Assembly: GCA_038113315.1 (NCBI GenBank)
Contig: JAYNOQ010000001.1
Coordinates: 22,015 to 86,014 of the forward strand
Reading direction: 5' to 3'
Length of the DNA stretch: 64,000 bases
DNA from: Flammeovirgaceae bacterium
Lineage (GTDB): Bacteria; Bacteroidota; Bacteroidia; Cytophagales; MED-G16
Positions 40,141 through 50,557 of this stretch are shown piece by piece. The notes below the pieces were generated by a model that saw nothing but the letters and a program-made list of their open reading frames with translations, was not told where the DNA came from and did no database searches. Every line of letters starts with the position of its first letter. Position 1 is the stretch's first letter. Position numbers and translations under genes: made by a program.

Positions 40141-41126
40141 GTAACCCAAATTTTATTGACCATATAAAAATTTTCTGTAAATCAGGAAATGGAGGAAGAG
40201 GTTCATCTAGTTTTCGAAGAGAAAAATTTGTTCCTAAAGGTGGACCAGATGGAGGTGATGGTGGAAAAGGAGGCAATATTATTTTAAAAGGTAATAGTCA
40301 ACTGTGGACACTCCTACACTTAAGATATACCAAACACTTAAAAGCTGAGAACGGAGAAGGGGGGCAAGGTTCAAAAAAACATGGAAAAAATGGGAAAGAT
40401 GTAGTTATAGAAGTTCCTCTAGGTACTATTGCGAAATCAGCTGATAATGATAATATTTCTATTGAAATCTTAAATCATAATGAAGAAAAAATATTATTAG
40501 AAGGTGGTATAGGCGGATTAGGTAATGTTCACTTTAAAACCTCAACCAAGCAAGCGCCACAATATAGTCAACCTGGGATTCAGGGAATTGAAGAATGGAT
40601 AAACTTAGAGCTTAAAGTATTAGCCGATGTTGGCTTAGTTGGATTTCCAAATGCTGGAAAGTCTACTTTATTATCTTCAATATCAAAAGCAAAACCAAAA
40701 ATTGGAGATTATCCATTTACGACACTTACACCCAATCTCGGGGTAATTCCTTATAAGGATAATTTATCTTTTATAATGGCTGATATTCCTGGAATTATTG
40801 AGGGTGCCTCTGAAGGAAAAGGACTTGGAATAAGATTTTTAAGGCATATTGAAAGAAACTCAATCCTTCTATTTATGATTCCTGTCACATCAGAAGTTGA
40901 TAAAGAATTTAAATTATTACATAAAGAGCTGAAGAGTTATAATAAGGAGCTACTAGAAAAAAAGATAATAATTGCAGTAACAAAGTGTGATTTATTATCC
41001 GAAAAAGAATTGAAAGAAATGAAATTCAACTTAAAACAAGAAATAATTAAGATTTCAAGTGTAACTGGATATGGATTGGAAAATCTTAAGGATGCAATTT
41101 GGAAAAAAATTAATTTAAATAATTAA
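40137..41126 (+). CDS. obgE: GTPase Obg
   Basis: 329 aa. FIDHIKIFCKSGNGGRGSSSFRREKFVPKGGPDGGDGGKGG Obg fold. G1 GFPNAGKST, G3 DIPGII, G4 TKCD. Confidence 0.95.
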   Translation: MSNPNFIDHIKIFCKSGNGGRGSSSFRREKFVPKGGPDGGDGGKGGNIILKGNSQLWTLLHLRYTKHLKAENGEGGQGSKKHGKNGKDVVIEVPLGTIAKSADNDNISIEILNHNEEKILLEGGIGGLGNVHFKTSTKQAPQYSQPGIQGIEEWINLELKVLADVGLVGFPNAGKSTLLSSISKAKPKIGDYPFTTLTPNLGVIPYKDNLSFIMADIPGIIEGASEGKGLGIRFLRHIERNSILLFMIPVTSEVDKEFKLLHKELKSYNKELLEKKIIIAVTKCDLLSEKELKEMKFNLKQEIIKISSVTGYGLENLKDAIWKKINLNN

Positions 41127-41130
41127 TACT

Positions 41131-41171
41131 AGTCAAAATGTCATAAAGTATCTTTGGCAAACTTTTTGCAA
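41131..41171 (+). promoter_or_regulatory. Conserved 41-bp element upstream of grpE-dnaJ with a sigma-54-like -24/-12 core
   Basis: AGTCA-N3-TGTCA-N11-TGGCA-N7-TGCAA. The core TGGCAA-ACTTT-TTGCA (41155..41170) fits TGGCAC-N5-TTGCW. The same spacing architecture recurs at 45823..45863 upstream of dnaK. Confidence 0.45.
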
Positions 41172-41182
41172 ATATCTAAAGT

Positions 41183-41671
41183 ATGAATAAAAGAAAATCA
41201 AAAAAAACTACTGACAGTAAGAAATCAGATAAATCAAAAGGCCTCAATATTGAGTTACAAGAAACAAAAGATAAATATTTAAGGCTATATTCAGAATTTG
41301 AAAACTACCGAAGAAGAACATCAAAAGAAAAAATTGAGATGATAGATTCTGCCAATAAGGAACTTCTTTCAGATATACTTCCAGTTGTTGATGATTTTGA
41401 GAGAGCTTCTAAAGCTATTAAAAAAGAGGATGAGTCATATCTTGAGGGATTCAATTTAATTCATCAAAAATTAATTAGTACACTTGAAAAATATAATGTC
41501 AAGAAGATGGAAATTAAAAAAGGAGATGATTTTGATTCTGAGTACCATGAGGCAATTACAAGCACTCCATCAGAAAAAAAATATAAAGGAAAAATAATTG
41601 ATGTTGTTGAGAATGGATATCATATAGGAGATAACATTCTGCGTTTTGCAAAAGTTGTAACTGGATCATAA
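41183..41671 (+). CDS. grpE: Nucleotide exchange factor GrpE
   Basis: 162 aa. YLRLYSEFENYRRRTSKE and LPVVDDFERA are GrpE signatures. It is followed directly by dnaJ. Confidence 0.93.
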   Translation: MNKRKSKKTTDSKKSDKSKGLNIELQETKDKYLRLYSEFENYRRRTSKEKIEMIDSANKELLSDILPVVDDFERASKAIKKEDESYLEGFNLIHQKLISTLEKYNVKKMEIKKGDDFDSEYHEAITSTPSEKKYKGKIIDVVENGYHIGDNILRFAKVVTGS

Positions 41672-42786
41672 TGTCTAAAAGAGATTTCTACGAAATTTTA
41701 GGTGTAAATAAATCTTCTTCTCAAGAAGAAATAAAAAAAGCTTATAGAAAAGTTGCTATTAAATTTCACCCTGATAAAAACCCTGACGATAAAGCTGCTG
41801 AAGAAAAGTTTAAAGAGGCTGCCGAAGCATATGAGGTTTTAAGTAACCCTGAAAAAAAGCAGAAATATGACAGATTTGGTCACGATGGACTTAGAGGAGG
41901 TCCTGGTGGGTTTTCAGGGGGAGGAATGAATGTTGAAGATATTTTTGAACAATTTGGAGATATTTTTGGAGGAGGTAGTCCTTTTGATAGTTTTTTTGGA
42001 GGGGGTAGTTCAAGACAAAGAAATAAAGGAACTAATTTAAGAATTAAGTTAAAATTAACAATTCAAGAAATAGCTACAGGAGTAGAAAAGAAGATTAAAG
42101 TCAAAAGGCTTGTTACTGCTCCAGGGGTTACATTTAAAACATGTAGCGTTTGTAATGGAACTGGAAAAGTAAGTAAAGTTGTAAATACTATGCTTGGACA
42201 AATGGTTTCCTCTACTACATGTTACCAGTGTAATGGAAATGGAAAAACTATAGATAATAAACCACCAGGAGTAGATAGTACGGGACTTCAATTTAAAGAA
42301 GAAATTTTAAAAATAAATATACCCTCAGGAGTTGGAGATGGGATGCAATTATCAATGACTGGAAAAGGAAATGAATCTCCAGGTGGAGGTATATCAGGTG
42401 ACTTATTAATATTAATTGAAGAAAAAGAAGATGATAATTTTAAGAGAGATGGTAATAATGTTGTTTATGATTTATTTATCAATTTTGTAGATGCTGCAAT
42501 AGGTAATGAGCTTGAGGTACCAACTCTCAATGGAAAAGTAAAAGTTAAGATACCACCTGGAACACAAAGTGGTAAAATTTTTAGGTTGAGAGGAAAAGGA
42601 ATTAAGGATTTGAATACTTCAATTACAGGAGACCAGCTAATTCATGTCAATATTTGGACTCCAAAAAAATTAACATCAGAAGAAGAAAAGTTATTAATTC
42701 AATTAAAAAAATCTAAAAACTTTAAACCAAATCCTGGAAAAACAGAAAAAGGATTTTTCGATAGAGTAAGAGACTTCATGAGCTAA
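41671..42786 (+). CDS. dnaJ: Molecular chaperone DnaJ
   Basis: 371 aa. J domain with HPDKN, a G/F-rich linker, and a CxxCxGxG zinc-finger region (CSVCNGTG, CYQCNGNG). Confidence 0.96.
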   Translation: MSKRDFYEILGVNKSSSQEEIKKAYRKVAIKFHPDKNPDDKAAEEKFKEAAEAYEVLSNPEKKQKYDRFGHDGLRGGPGGFSGGGMNVEDIFEQFGDIFGGGSPFDSFFGGGSSRQRNKGTNLRIKLKLTIQEIATGVEKKIKVKRLVTAPGVTFKTCSVCNGTGKVSKVVNTMLGQMVSSTTCYQCNGNGKTIDNKPPGVDSTGLQFKEEILKINIPSGVGDGMQLSMTGKGNESPGGGISGDLLILIEEKEDDNFKRDGNNVVYDLFINFVDAAIGNELEVPTLNGKVKVKIPPGTQSGKIFRLRGKGIKDLNTSITGDQLIHVNIWTPKKLTSEEEKLLIQLKKSKNFKPNPGKTEKGFFDRVRDFMS

Positions 42787-42821
42787 TTTATATAGTTTTA
42801 TATCTAGATAAATTTATTAGA

Positions 42822-43988
42822 TTGAATATCTCAAACATCCAAAAAGAATTAACCTGGCTTACAATAACAACACTTCTTGTGTTTACAGTATCATTAGTTT
42901 ATTTCTCTAATATGACCATTAAAGAAATAAAAGAAAGGGAAATTAAAACAATTGAAAGATATTCAAAATTTATAGAGCTTGTTGCAAATTCTGAAGTTGA
43001 ATCTGCAAATTATTTTGTAGATGACATTCTAATTGAAAATAACTCGATACCAATAATTGTCACTGACAGTGATGGTAATATCATTGAATATAAAAATATT
43101 TCTGAACCATCTGAATCTAATCTTTTTGACCAATTAGGGTCTATGAAAAAAAGATATGAGCCAATTAAAATAAATATTTTAGATAAAGAAAGGAATGAAG
43201 TTGGATATCAGCTTATTTATTACAATAATTCTAAAATTCTTGATTTGCTAATTATTGCACCTTATTTTATTATATCACTAACTTTTTTAATCTTACTATC
43301 AATCTATTTAATATCATTTTATTCAAATAAATCTGAGAGAGATAGATTATGGACTGGCCTTGCAAAAGAAACTGCACACCAGCTGGGAACACCCCTTTCT
43401 TCTTTAATTGGATGGAATGAGTATTTGAAATCAAAAAAAAAGGTTGATAAAGGATTTATAAGTAGTGAAATAGATAAAGATCTTAATCGACTTAAAATAA
43501 TAACTGATAGGTTTTCTACAATAGGTTCTAAGCCTTCCCTAATTGATACAGACATTAAAATAACCATTATTGAATCGATCGATTATCTTAAAAGAAGAGT
43601 TTCACCAAATGTCAAAACAAAACTTAATTTAGAAACAGTAAATTATAATTTCAATAAACAATTATTTGGGTGGGTAATTGAAAATTTATATAAAAATTCT
43701 ATTGACGCTATCGGTAAAAATGGTACTGTAGAAATTAAATTATATGAGGATAAAGATTCAGTAATTATTGATTTTATTGATGATGGTATTGGAATAAATA
43801 AATCAGATTTTTCAAAAATATTTAAACCTGGCTTTACAACAAAGGAAAGAGGATGGGGTTTAGGTTTAACTTTAGTAAATAGAATAATATCAGATTATCA
43901 CAAGGGGAGAATATATGTTAAAAACTCTATTAAAAATGTTGAAACTACAATAAGAATAGAATTAAAAAAATTTGATAAAAAAAGTTAA
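42822..43988 (+). CDS. Sensor histidine kinase (orphan, TTG start)
   Basis: 388 aa. Two TM segments flank a ~120-aa extracytoplasmic region. H-box ETAHQLGTPLSSL. HATPase N box (NLYKNSIDA) and G boxes (DDGIGI, GWGLGL). No response regulator adjacent. Confidence 0.8.
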   Translation: MNISNIQKELTWLTITTLLVFTVSLVYFSNMTIKEIKEREIKTIERYSKFIELVANSEVESANYFVDDILIENNSIPIIVTDSDGNIIEYKNISEPSESNLFDQLGSMKKRYEPIKINILDKERNEVGYQLIYYNNSKILDLLIIAPYFIISLTFLILLSIYLISFYSNKSERDRLWTGLAKETAHQLGTPLSSLIGWNEYLKSKKKVDKGFISSEIDKDLNRLKIITDRFSTIGSKPSLIDTDIKITIIESIDYLKRRVSPNVKTKLNLETVNYNFNKQLFGWVIENLYKNSIDAIGKNGTVEIKLYEDKDSVIIDFIDDGIGINKSDFSKIFKPGFTTKERGWGLGLTLVNRIISDYHKGRIYVKNSIKNVETTIRIELKKFDKKS

Positions 43989-44074
43989 TAATAACTTCAT
44001 ATATGACTTTGTTAAATTGTATTTATAATTTATTTTCGCAGTACTATAAATTTTAATTAACATACCTTATATAA

Positions 44075-45583
<1,509 letters not shown>

Positions 45584-45584
45584 T

Positions 45585-45821
45585 ATGTTCTTAGAAATAT
45601 TATCTGCAGAAGAAAAGATATTCAGCGGAGAAGTAGATTCAATAATTTTTCCGGGGTCAGGCGGTCAATTTCAAATACTAAATAACCACGCACCTATAAT
45701 TAGTTCTCTAACGAAAGGCGAAATTAAATATAAAGAAAACTCAAAAGATGTAAGTTTGGCTGTAAATGGAGGTATTGTTGAGGTTCTAGATAATAAAGTC
45801 AGCGCACTTATTGAAAAATAA
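45585..45821 (+). CDS. atpC: F0F1 ATP synthase subunit epsilon, short form (beta-sandwich domain only)
   Basis: 78 aa immediately after atpD. LEILSAEEKIFSGEVDSIIFPGSGGQFQILNNHAPIIS matches the epsilon N-terminal domain. No C-terminal helical hairpin. Confidence 0.85.
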   Translation: MFLEILSAEEKIFSGEVDSIIFPGSGGQFQILNNHAPIISSLTKGEIKYKENSKDVSLAVNGGIVEVLDNKVSALIEK

Positions 45822-45822
45822 C

Positions 45823-45863
45823 TGACATTCTGTCATATATGATTATTGGCATAAATCTTGTCA
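45823..45863 (+). promoter_or_regulatory. Conserved 41-bp element upstream of dnaK (second copy of the grpE-type element)
   Basis: TGACA-N3-TGTCA-N11-TGGCA-N7-TGTCA. The core TGGCAT-AAATC-TTGTC (45847..45862) is sigma-54-like, with GT instead of GC at -12. 25 of 41 positions are identical to 41131..41171, including most G/C positions. Confidence 0.45.
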
Positions 45864-45895
45864 TATAAATAAGTAATATTTAAAATTTAAAAATT

Positions 45896-47830
45896 ATGAG
45901 TAAAATAATTGGAATAGATTTAGGAACCACAAATTCATGTGTATCCGTAATGGAAGGTAATGAGCCAGTAGTTATACCAAATAGCGAAGGAAAGAGAACT
46001 ACACCTTCTATAGTTGCATTTCTAGATGAAGGAAAAGGAGAAAGAAAAGTTGGTGATCCTGCTAAAAGACAGGCTATAACCAATCCAAAAAACACAATTA
46101 ATTCTGTAAAAAGATTTATGGGGAAAAAATTCTCTGATATCAATGAAGAAAAAAGAAACTTAGCTTATGAAGTTGAAAAAGGAACTAATGATACAGTAAG
46201 AGTAAAAATTGGAACAAGAAAATATACTCCACAAGAAATATCAGCAATGATATTACAAAAAATGAAATCTACTGCAGAGGATTATCTTGGATCTGAGGTA
46301 AAAGAAGCGGTAATTACTGTACCTGCTTATTTTAATGATTCAGAGAGACAGGCAACCAAAGAAGCAGGGACAATTGCTGGTTTAGATGTCAAAAGAATTA
46401 TTAATGAACCAACTGCTGCTGCGCTAGCTTATGGTTTGGATAAAAAAGATAAGGACTTAAAAATTGCTGTTTATGATTTAGGAGGAGGAACATTTGATAT
46501 TTCTATTCTTGAATTAGGTGATGGAGTTTTTGAAGTAAAGTCTACTAACGGAGATGTTCATTTAGGTGGAGATGACTTTGATAGTGTACTTATTGATTGG
46601 TTAGCTGACGAATTTAATAAGGACGAAGGCATTGATTTAAGAAAAGATCCTATGGCATTACAGAGATTAAAAGAAGGTGCTGAAAAAGCTAAAATTGAAT
46701 TATCTAGCTCATCATCAACTGAAATTAATCTTCCATATATAATGCCAGTTGATGGAGTTCCTAAACATTTAGTTAAAACACTATCTAGAGCTAAATTTGA
46801 ACAATTGACTCAAAAATTAGTTGAAAGAACTTTAGAGCCATGTTCCAAAGCATTAAAAGACGCTAAAATGGGAGTTGGTGATATTGATGAGATAATATTA
46901 GTAGGAGGTTCAACAAGAATTCCAAAAATACAGGAAGAAGTAGAAAAATTCTTTAAAAAGAAGCCATCTAAAGGTGTAAATCCTGATGAGGTTGTAGCAG
47001 TTGGTGCCGCAATACAAGGTGGTGTATTAACAGGTGAGGTAAAAGATGTACTTCTTTTAGATGTAACACCTCTTTCACTAGGTATTGAAACTTTAAATGG
47101 AGTATTTACTAAATTAATTGAGTCTAATACTACAATACCTACTAAGAAATCTGAAACATTTTCTACAGCTGCTGATAATCAACCTGCTGTTGAAATTCAT
47201 GTTTTACAAGGAGAAAGACCAATGGCAAAAGATAACAAGACGATTGGAAGATTTCACTTAGATGGAATTCCGCCCGCACCTAGAGGTGTACCACAGATAG
47301 AGGTTACATTCGATATAGATGCTAATGGTATTTTAAATGTTTCAGCTAAAGATAAGGGTACAGGAAAAGAACAAAACATTAGAATTGAAGCTTCTTCAGG
47401 ACTAACTGAGGAAGAAATAAATAAAATGAAAGATGAAGCTAAAGCCAATGAGGATACAGATAAGAAAGAAAGAGAGAAGGTTGATAAGCTAAATACTGCA
47501 GATGGATTAATTTTTCAAACTGAAAAACAATTAAAGGAGTTTGGTGAGAAACTTTCTGAACCTAACAAAAAAGCAATTAAAGATTCTCTTGAAAAATTAA
47601 AGGCTATTCACAAAGAACAAAAAATTGATGAAATTGATGGAGCGGTTGAGGCTTTAAATAAATCATGGGAAGCAGCAAGCCAGGAAATTTATAAGGCGAC
47701 TCAAGAACAACAGGCAGCAAATGGTGGTGCTGGAGCTGATCCATCAGCTAAATCAGATGGACCAAAAGGTGATGGTGGAGATGATATATCCGACGTCGAT
47801 TTTGAAGAAGTAAAAGACGAAAAGAAGTAA
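45896..47830 (+). CDS. dnaK: Molecular chaperone DnaK
   Basis: 644 aa. [28 protein letters not shown], and the C-terminal EEV-like acidic tail. Confidence 0.98.
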   Translation: MSKIIGIDLGTTNSCVSVMEGNEPVVIPNSEGKRTTPSIVAFLDEGKGERKVGDPAKRQAITNPKNTINSVKRFMGKKFSDINEEKRNLAYEVEKGTNDTVRVKIGTRKYTPQEISAMILQKMKSTAEDYLGSEVKEAVITVPAYFNDSERQATKEAGTIAGLDVKRIINEPTAAALAYGLDKKDKDLKIAVYDLGGGTFDISILELGDGVFEVKSTNGDVHLGGDDFDSVLIDWLADEFNKDEGIDLRKDPMALQRLKEGAEKAKIELSSSSSTEINLPYIMPVDGVPKHLVKTLSRAKFEQLTQKLVERTLEPCSKALKDAKMGVGDIDEIILVGGSTRIPKIQEEVEKFFKKKPSKGVNPDEVVAVGAAIQGGVLTGEVKDVLLLDVTPLSLGIETLNGVFTKLIESNTTIPTKKSETFSTAADNQPAVEIHVLQGERPMAKDNKTIGRFHLDGIPPAPRGVPQIEVTFDIDANGILNVSAKDKGTGKEQNIRIEASSGLTEEEINKMKDEAKANEDTDKKEREKVDKLNTADGLIFQTEKQLKEFGEKLSEPNKKAIKDSLEKLKAIHKEQKIDEIDGAVEALNKSWEAASQEIYKATQEQQAANGGAGADPSAKSDGPKGDGGDDISDVDFEEVKDEKK

Positions 47831-47859
47831 TTTTTCATTTTGTTTAAAATTTAATTAAA

Positions 47860-47892
47860 GGTTATACAAAAAATTGTATAACCTTTTTTTTT
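47860..47892 (+). terminator. Intrinsic terminator downstream of dnaK
   Basis: GGTTATACA-aaaaat-TGTATAACC hairpin (47860..47883) followed by a 9-nt T-run. Confidence 0.75.
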
Positions 47893-47947
47893 AATTAATT
47901 TAGTTACTAGTTATACAGTTTAAAATAAATAATAAAATACTTAAGAA

Positions 47948-48523
47948 ATGAAAAAGTTTTTGATAGTCATATTAACAATTATTTCAATAAATGTTAGTGC
48001 ACAAAATGACAACCTACCCTTTAAAGAACTTGGGGCCTATTCTGAGGAGTTTAGTCCTAATAATATAGTTGCTAGAATGATTGAAGGCCTGGGTTATAGA
48101 TTCTACTGGGCTACAGAATCATTAACAGATAAAGACCTTAAATATAAACCAAGTGAAGATAGTAGATCTAGCTTACAAACCTTAGAACACATATATGGTT
48201 TAAGTGTATTTATTTTATATACTTTAGAAGGAAAAGAATATGATTTTTCACAAGATGAAATGACTTTTACAGAGTTAAGAAATGGTACATTAAAAAATTT
48301 AAAGATAGTTTATGATATGCTCAATGAAAATGCAGATATATCACAAATGCAAGTTAGACTAAACCTAAATGGTCAAAGTCTCGCTTTCCCGTTTTGGAAT
48401 GCTATTAATGGTCCTATTTCTGATTCATTATGGCATACTGGTCAAATAGTTTCATTTAGAAGAGCAAGTGGAAATCCAATTAATCCTAAGGTTAACGTCT
48501 TTATAGGAAAAACAATGGAATAA
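47948..48523 (+). CDS. Secreted hypothetical protein, possibly DinB-superfamily-like
   Basis: 191 aa. Signal peptide (NVSAQ). Spaced His residues (LEHIYG, LWHTGQIVSFRR) recall DinB/YfiT four-helix-bundle proteins. Weak, by-eye assignment. Confidence 0.4.
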   Translation: MKKFLIVILTIISINVSAQNDNLPFKELGAYSEEFSPNNIVARMIEGLGYRFYWATESLTDKDLKYKPSEDSRSSLQTLEHIYGLSVFILYTLEGKEYDFSQDEMTFTELRNGTLKNLKIVYDMLNENADISQMQVRLNLNGQSLAFPFWNAINGPISDSLWHTGQIVSFRRASGNPINPKVNVFIGKTME

Positions 48524-48524
48524 T

Positions 48525-49046
48525 ATGAAGGCATCTCTAGATAAGGTAGTTAAAATTGCTGAAATCATAGGATCATTAGGAATTGTAATAAGCTTAATTT
48601 TTGTTTCAATTCAATATCAAAATAATTCATTAGCGCTTCAAACTTCAACAGCAAATTCAGTAAATGCAAATATTGCAGATTGGTACACTGCTTTTTTTGA
48701 AAACGCTGAGGCCTCAGAAGCATTTATGAAATTTGTTTCTGCCCCAGAATCTGTTACTCCATCAGAAAGATTTAGAGCTATAATGAGACTTCATTCTCTC
48801 AATCTTCATTTGCAAAACGCGCTCTATCTTGAAGGAAAAGGGGTTTTAGATGAAAATTTAAGAAAAACAATATCTATGGCTGTTTATAGCGGTTTAGGCT
48901 CGCCAGGATTCTATATTTTTTGGGAACAAAGAAAAGATATGTATACTGAGGAGTGGAGAAATTTTGTAGAGGATTTAATCCAATCTAAAAAAGATAGGAA
49001 TGAAAATCTTGAAAAATTATTCAATGATAATGATAGTATAAACTAA
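48525..49046 (+). CDS. Hypothetical membrane-anchored protein
   Basis: 173 aa. Single N-terminal TM (IAEIIGSLGIVISLIFVSI). It starts 2 nt after the preceding gene. No family recognised. Confidence 0.4.
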   Translation: MKASLDKVVKIAEIIGSLGIVISLIFVSIQYQNNSLALQTSTANSVNANIADWYTAFFENAEASEAFMKFVSAPESVTPSERFRAIMRLHSLNLHLQNALYLEGKGVLDENLRKTISMAVYSGLGSPGFYIFWEQRKDMYTEEWRNFVEDLIQSKKDRNENLEKLFNDNDSIN

Positions 49047-50470
49047 AAATTACAATTACCAGGAGTTCTAGGAAAAGGAATTACATCTCTAATATTTTTC
49101 ATACCAGTTATAAACTGAACCAGTCTTTCAAGTCCCAAGCCAAAACCAGAGTGAACAACTGATCCAAATCTCCTAGTATCTAAATACCAACTCAGATCAT
49201 CTTTAGAAATATGCATATCATCCATTCTCTTTGATAATTCACCTAGCCTTTCCTCTCTCTGAGATCCTCCTATTATTTCCCCAACAGAAGGAAAAAGTAC
49301 ATCCATTGCTGCAACAGTTTTTTCATCATCATTTGATCTCATGTAAAATGCCTTAATTTTTTTTGGGTAATCTCTGACAATAACTGGATTTTTAAAATGT
49401 TTTTCAACTAGATATCTTTCGTGTTCAGATTGAAAATCAATTCCCCACTCGTCAACTTTATATTCAAATTTATTTTTTTTATTAGGCTTTGAGTTTTTAA
49501 GTATGTCGAATGCTTCAGTGTATGTTATTCTATCAAATTTTTTGTTCAAAATACCAGATAACCTTTCAATTAGCGGAATTTCATTTCTTTGAATCTGAGG
49601 TAAAGATTTTTCTTCATTAATCTCTAAATTTTGAAGAAAAAGAAGATCATCTTCGCAATTTTCAAGAATATACTTTATTACGTATTTTAGCATATCTTCA
49701 GCTAAATCCATATTATCATTGATATCATAAAAAGCCATTTCAGGTTCAATCATCCAAAATTCAGCAAGATGTTTGGAAGTATTTGAATTCTCAGCACGAA
49801 ATGTTGGCCCAAAAGTATAAACTTCAGAAAGAGCTAAAGCACCTAACTCAGCATTAAGCTGACCAGATACTGTTAAATTAACTTGCTTTGAAAAGAAATC
49901 ATTTTTAAAGTCCAAATCTTTTTTATTTAAATCGAGAGATGTCACTTTAAACATTTCACCAGCTCCTTCAGCATCTGATGAGGTTATTATAGGCGTATGA
50001 ATGTTAAAAAATCCTCTATCATTAAAAAACTTATGGATTGAAAATATTACGGAGTGCCTTATCCTAAATATTGCACTAAATGTATTTGTTCTTGGTCTTA
50101 AGTGGGCAACATCTCTGAGAAATTCAAAAGTATGTCTTTTTGGTTGAATTGGATATTCATCAGGATGAGCTTTTCCTAATATCTCTACTTTGGAGGCAAG
50201 AATTTCAAATTTTTGATTTTTACCTTCACTTTTTAAAAGCTTACCTACAACAGAAAGAGAACAACCTGTTGATATTTCATCTATAAATGATTCTGTAAAA
50301 TCACTCATTTCAAAAACAATTTGGAGATTGTTTATTGTTGAACCGTCATTTAATGACACAAAAGACACATTTTTACTTTGTCTCTTTGTCCTTACCCAGC
50401 CAGAAACGTGAACTTCAGTTTCATTGTGACTGTCATTTATAGAAATAATTTTGGTTCTTTTTAGTCTCAT
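49043..50470 (-). CDS. asnS: Asparagine--tRNA ligase
   Basis: 475 aa. N-terminal OB anticodon-binding domain and class II motifs (FRAENSNTSKHLAEFWMIEPE, GGSQRE, GFGLGLERL). Confidence 0.95.
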   Translation of the reverse strand: MRLKRTKIISINDSHNETEVHVSGWVRTKRQSKNVSFVSLNDGSTINNLQIVFEMSDFTESFIDEISTGCSLSVVGKLLKSEGKNQKFEILASKVEILGKAHPDEYPIQPKRHTFEFLRDVAHLRPRTNTFSAIFRIRHSVIFSIHKFFNDRGFFNIHTPIITSSDAEGAGEMFKVTSLDLNKKDLDFKNDFFSKQVNLTVSGQLNAELGALALSEVYTFGPTFRAENSNTSKHLAEFWMIEPEMAFYDINDNMDLAEDMLKYVIKYILENCEDDLLFLQNLEINEEKSLPQIQRNEIPLIERLSGILNKKFDRITYTEAFDILKNSKPNKKNKFEYKVDEWGIDFQSEHERYLVEKHFKNPVIVRDYPKKIKAFYMRSNDDEKTVAAMDVLFPSVGEIIGGSQREERLGELSKRMDDMHISKDDLSWYLDTRRFGSVVHSGFGLGLERLVQFITGMKNIRDVIPFPRTPGNCNF

Positions 50471-50531
50471 ACTAAATAAGAGGTAAAAAAAGTATAATTT
50501 AATCTTATTTCAAAGAATAGAGTAATTATAA

Positions 50532-50539
50532 TAAATTTG
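50532..50539 (+). promoter_or_regulatory. Candidate -7 promoter box for rpoN
   Basis: TAAATTTG (exact TAnnTTTG), 18 nt upstream of the rpoN ATG. No clean -33 TTG. Confidence 0.25.
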
Positions 50540-50557
50540 TAATTCAAATATTTTTTA

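Noticed and set aside
41161-41168. Reading the grpE upstream TTTTTG (ACTTTTTG) as an ordinary TAnnTTTG -7 box
   Set aside because: It mismatches both positions of the invariant TA, there is no TTG at -33 spacing, and the equivalent dnaK position (AAATCTTG) does not fit either. A standard sigma-A promoter therefore does not explain the shared element, although it cannot be fully excluded.
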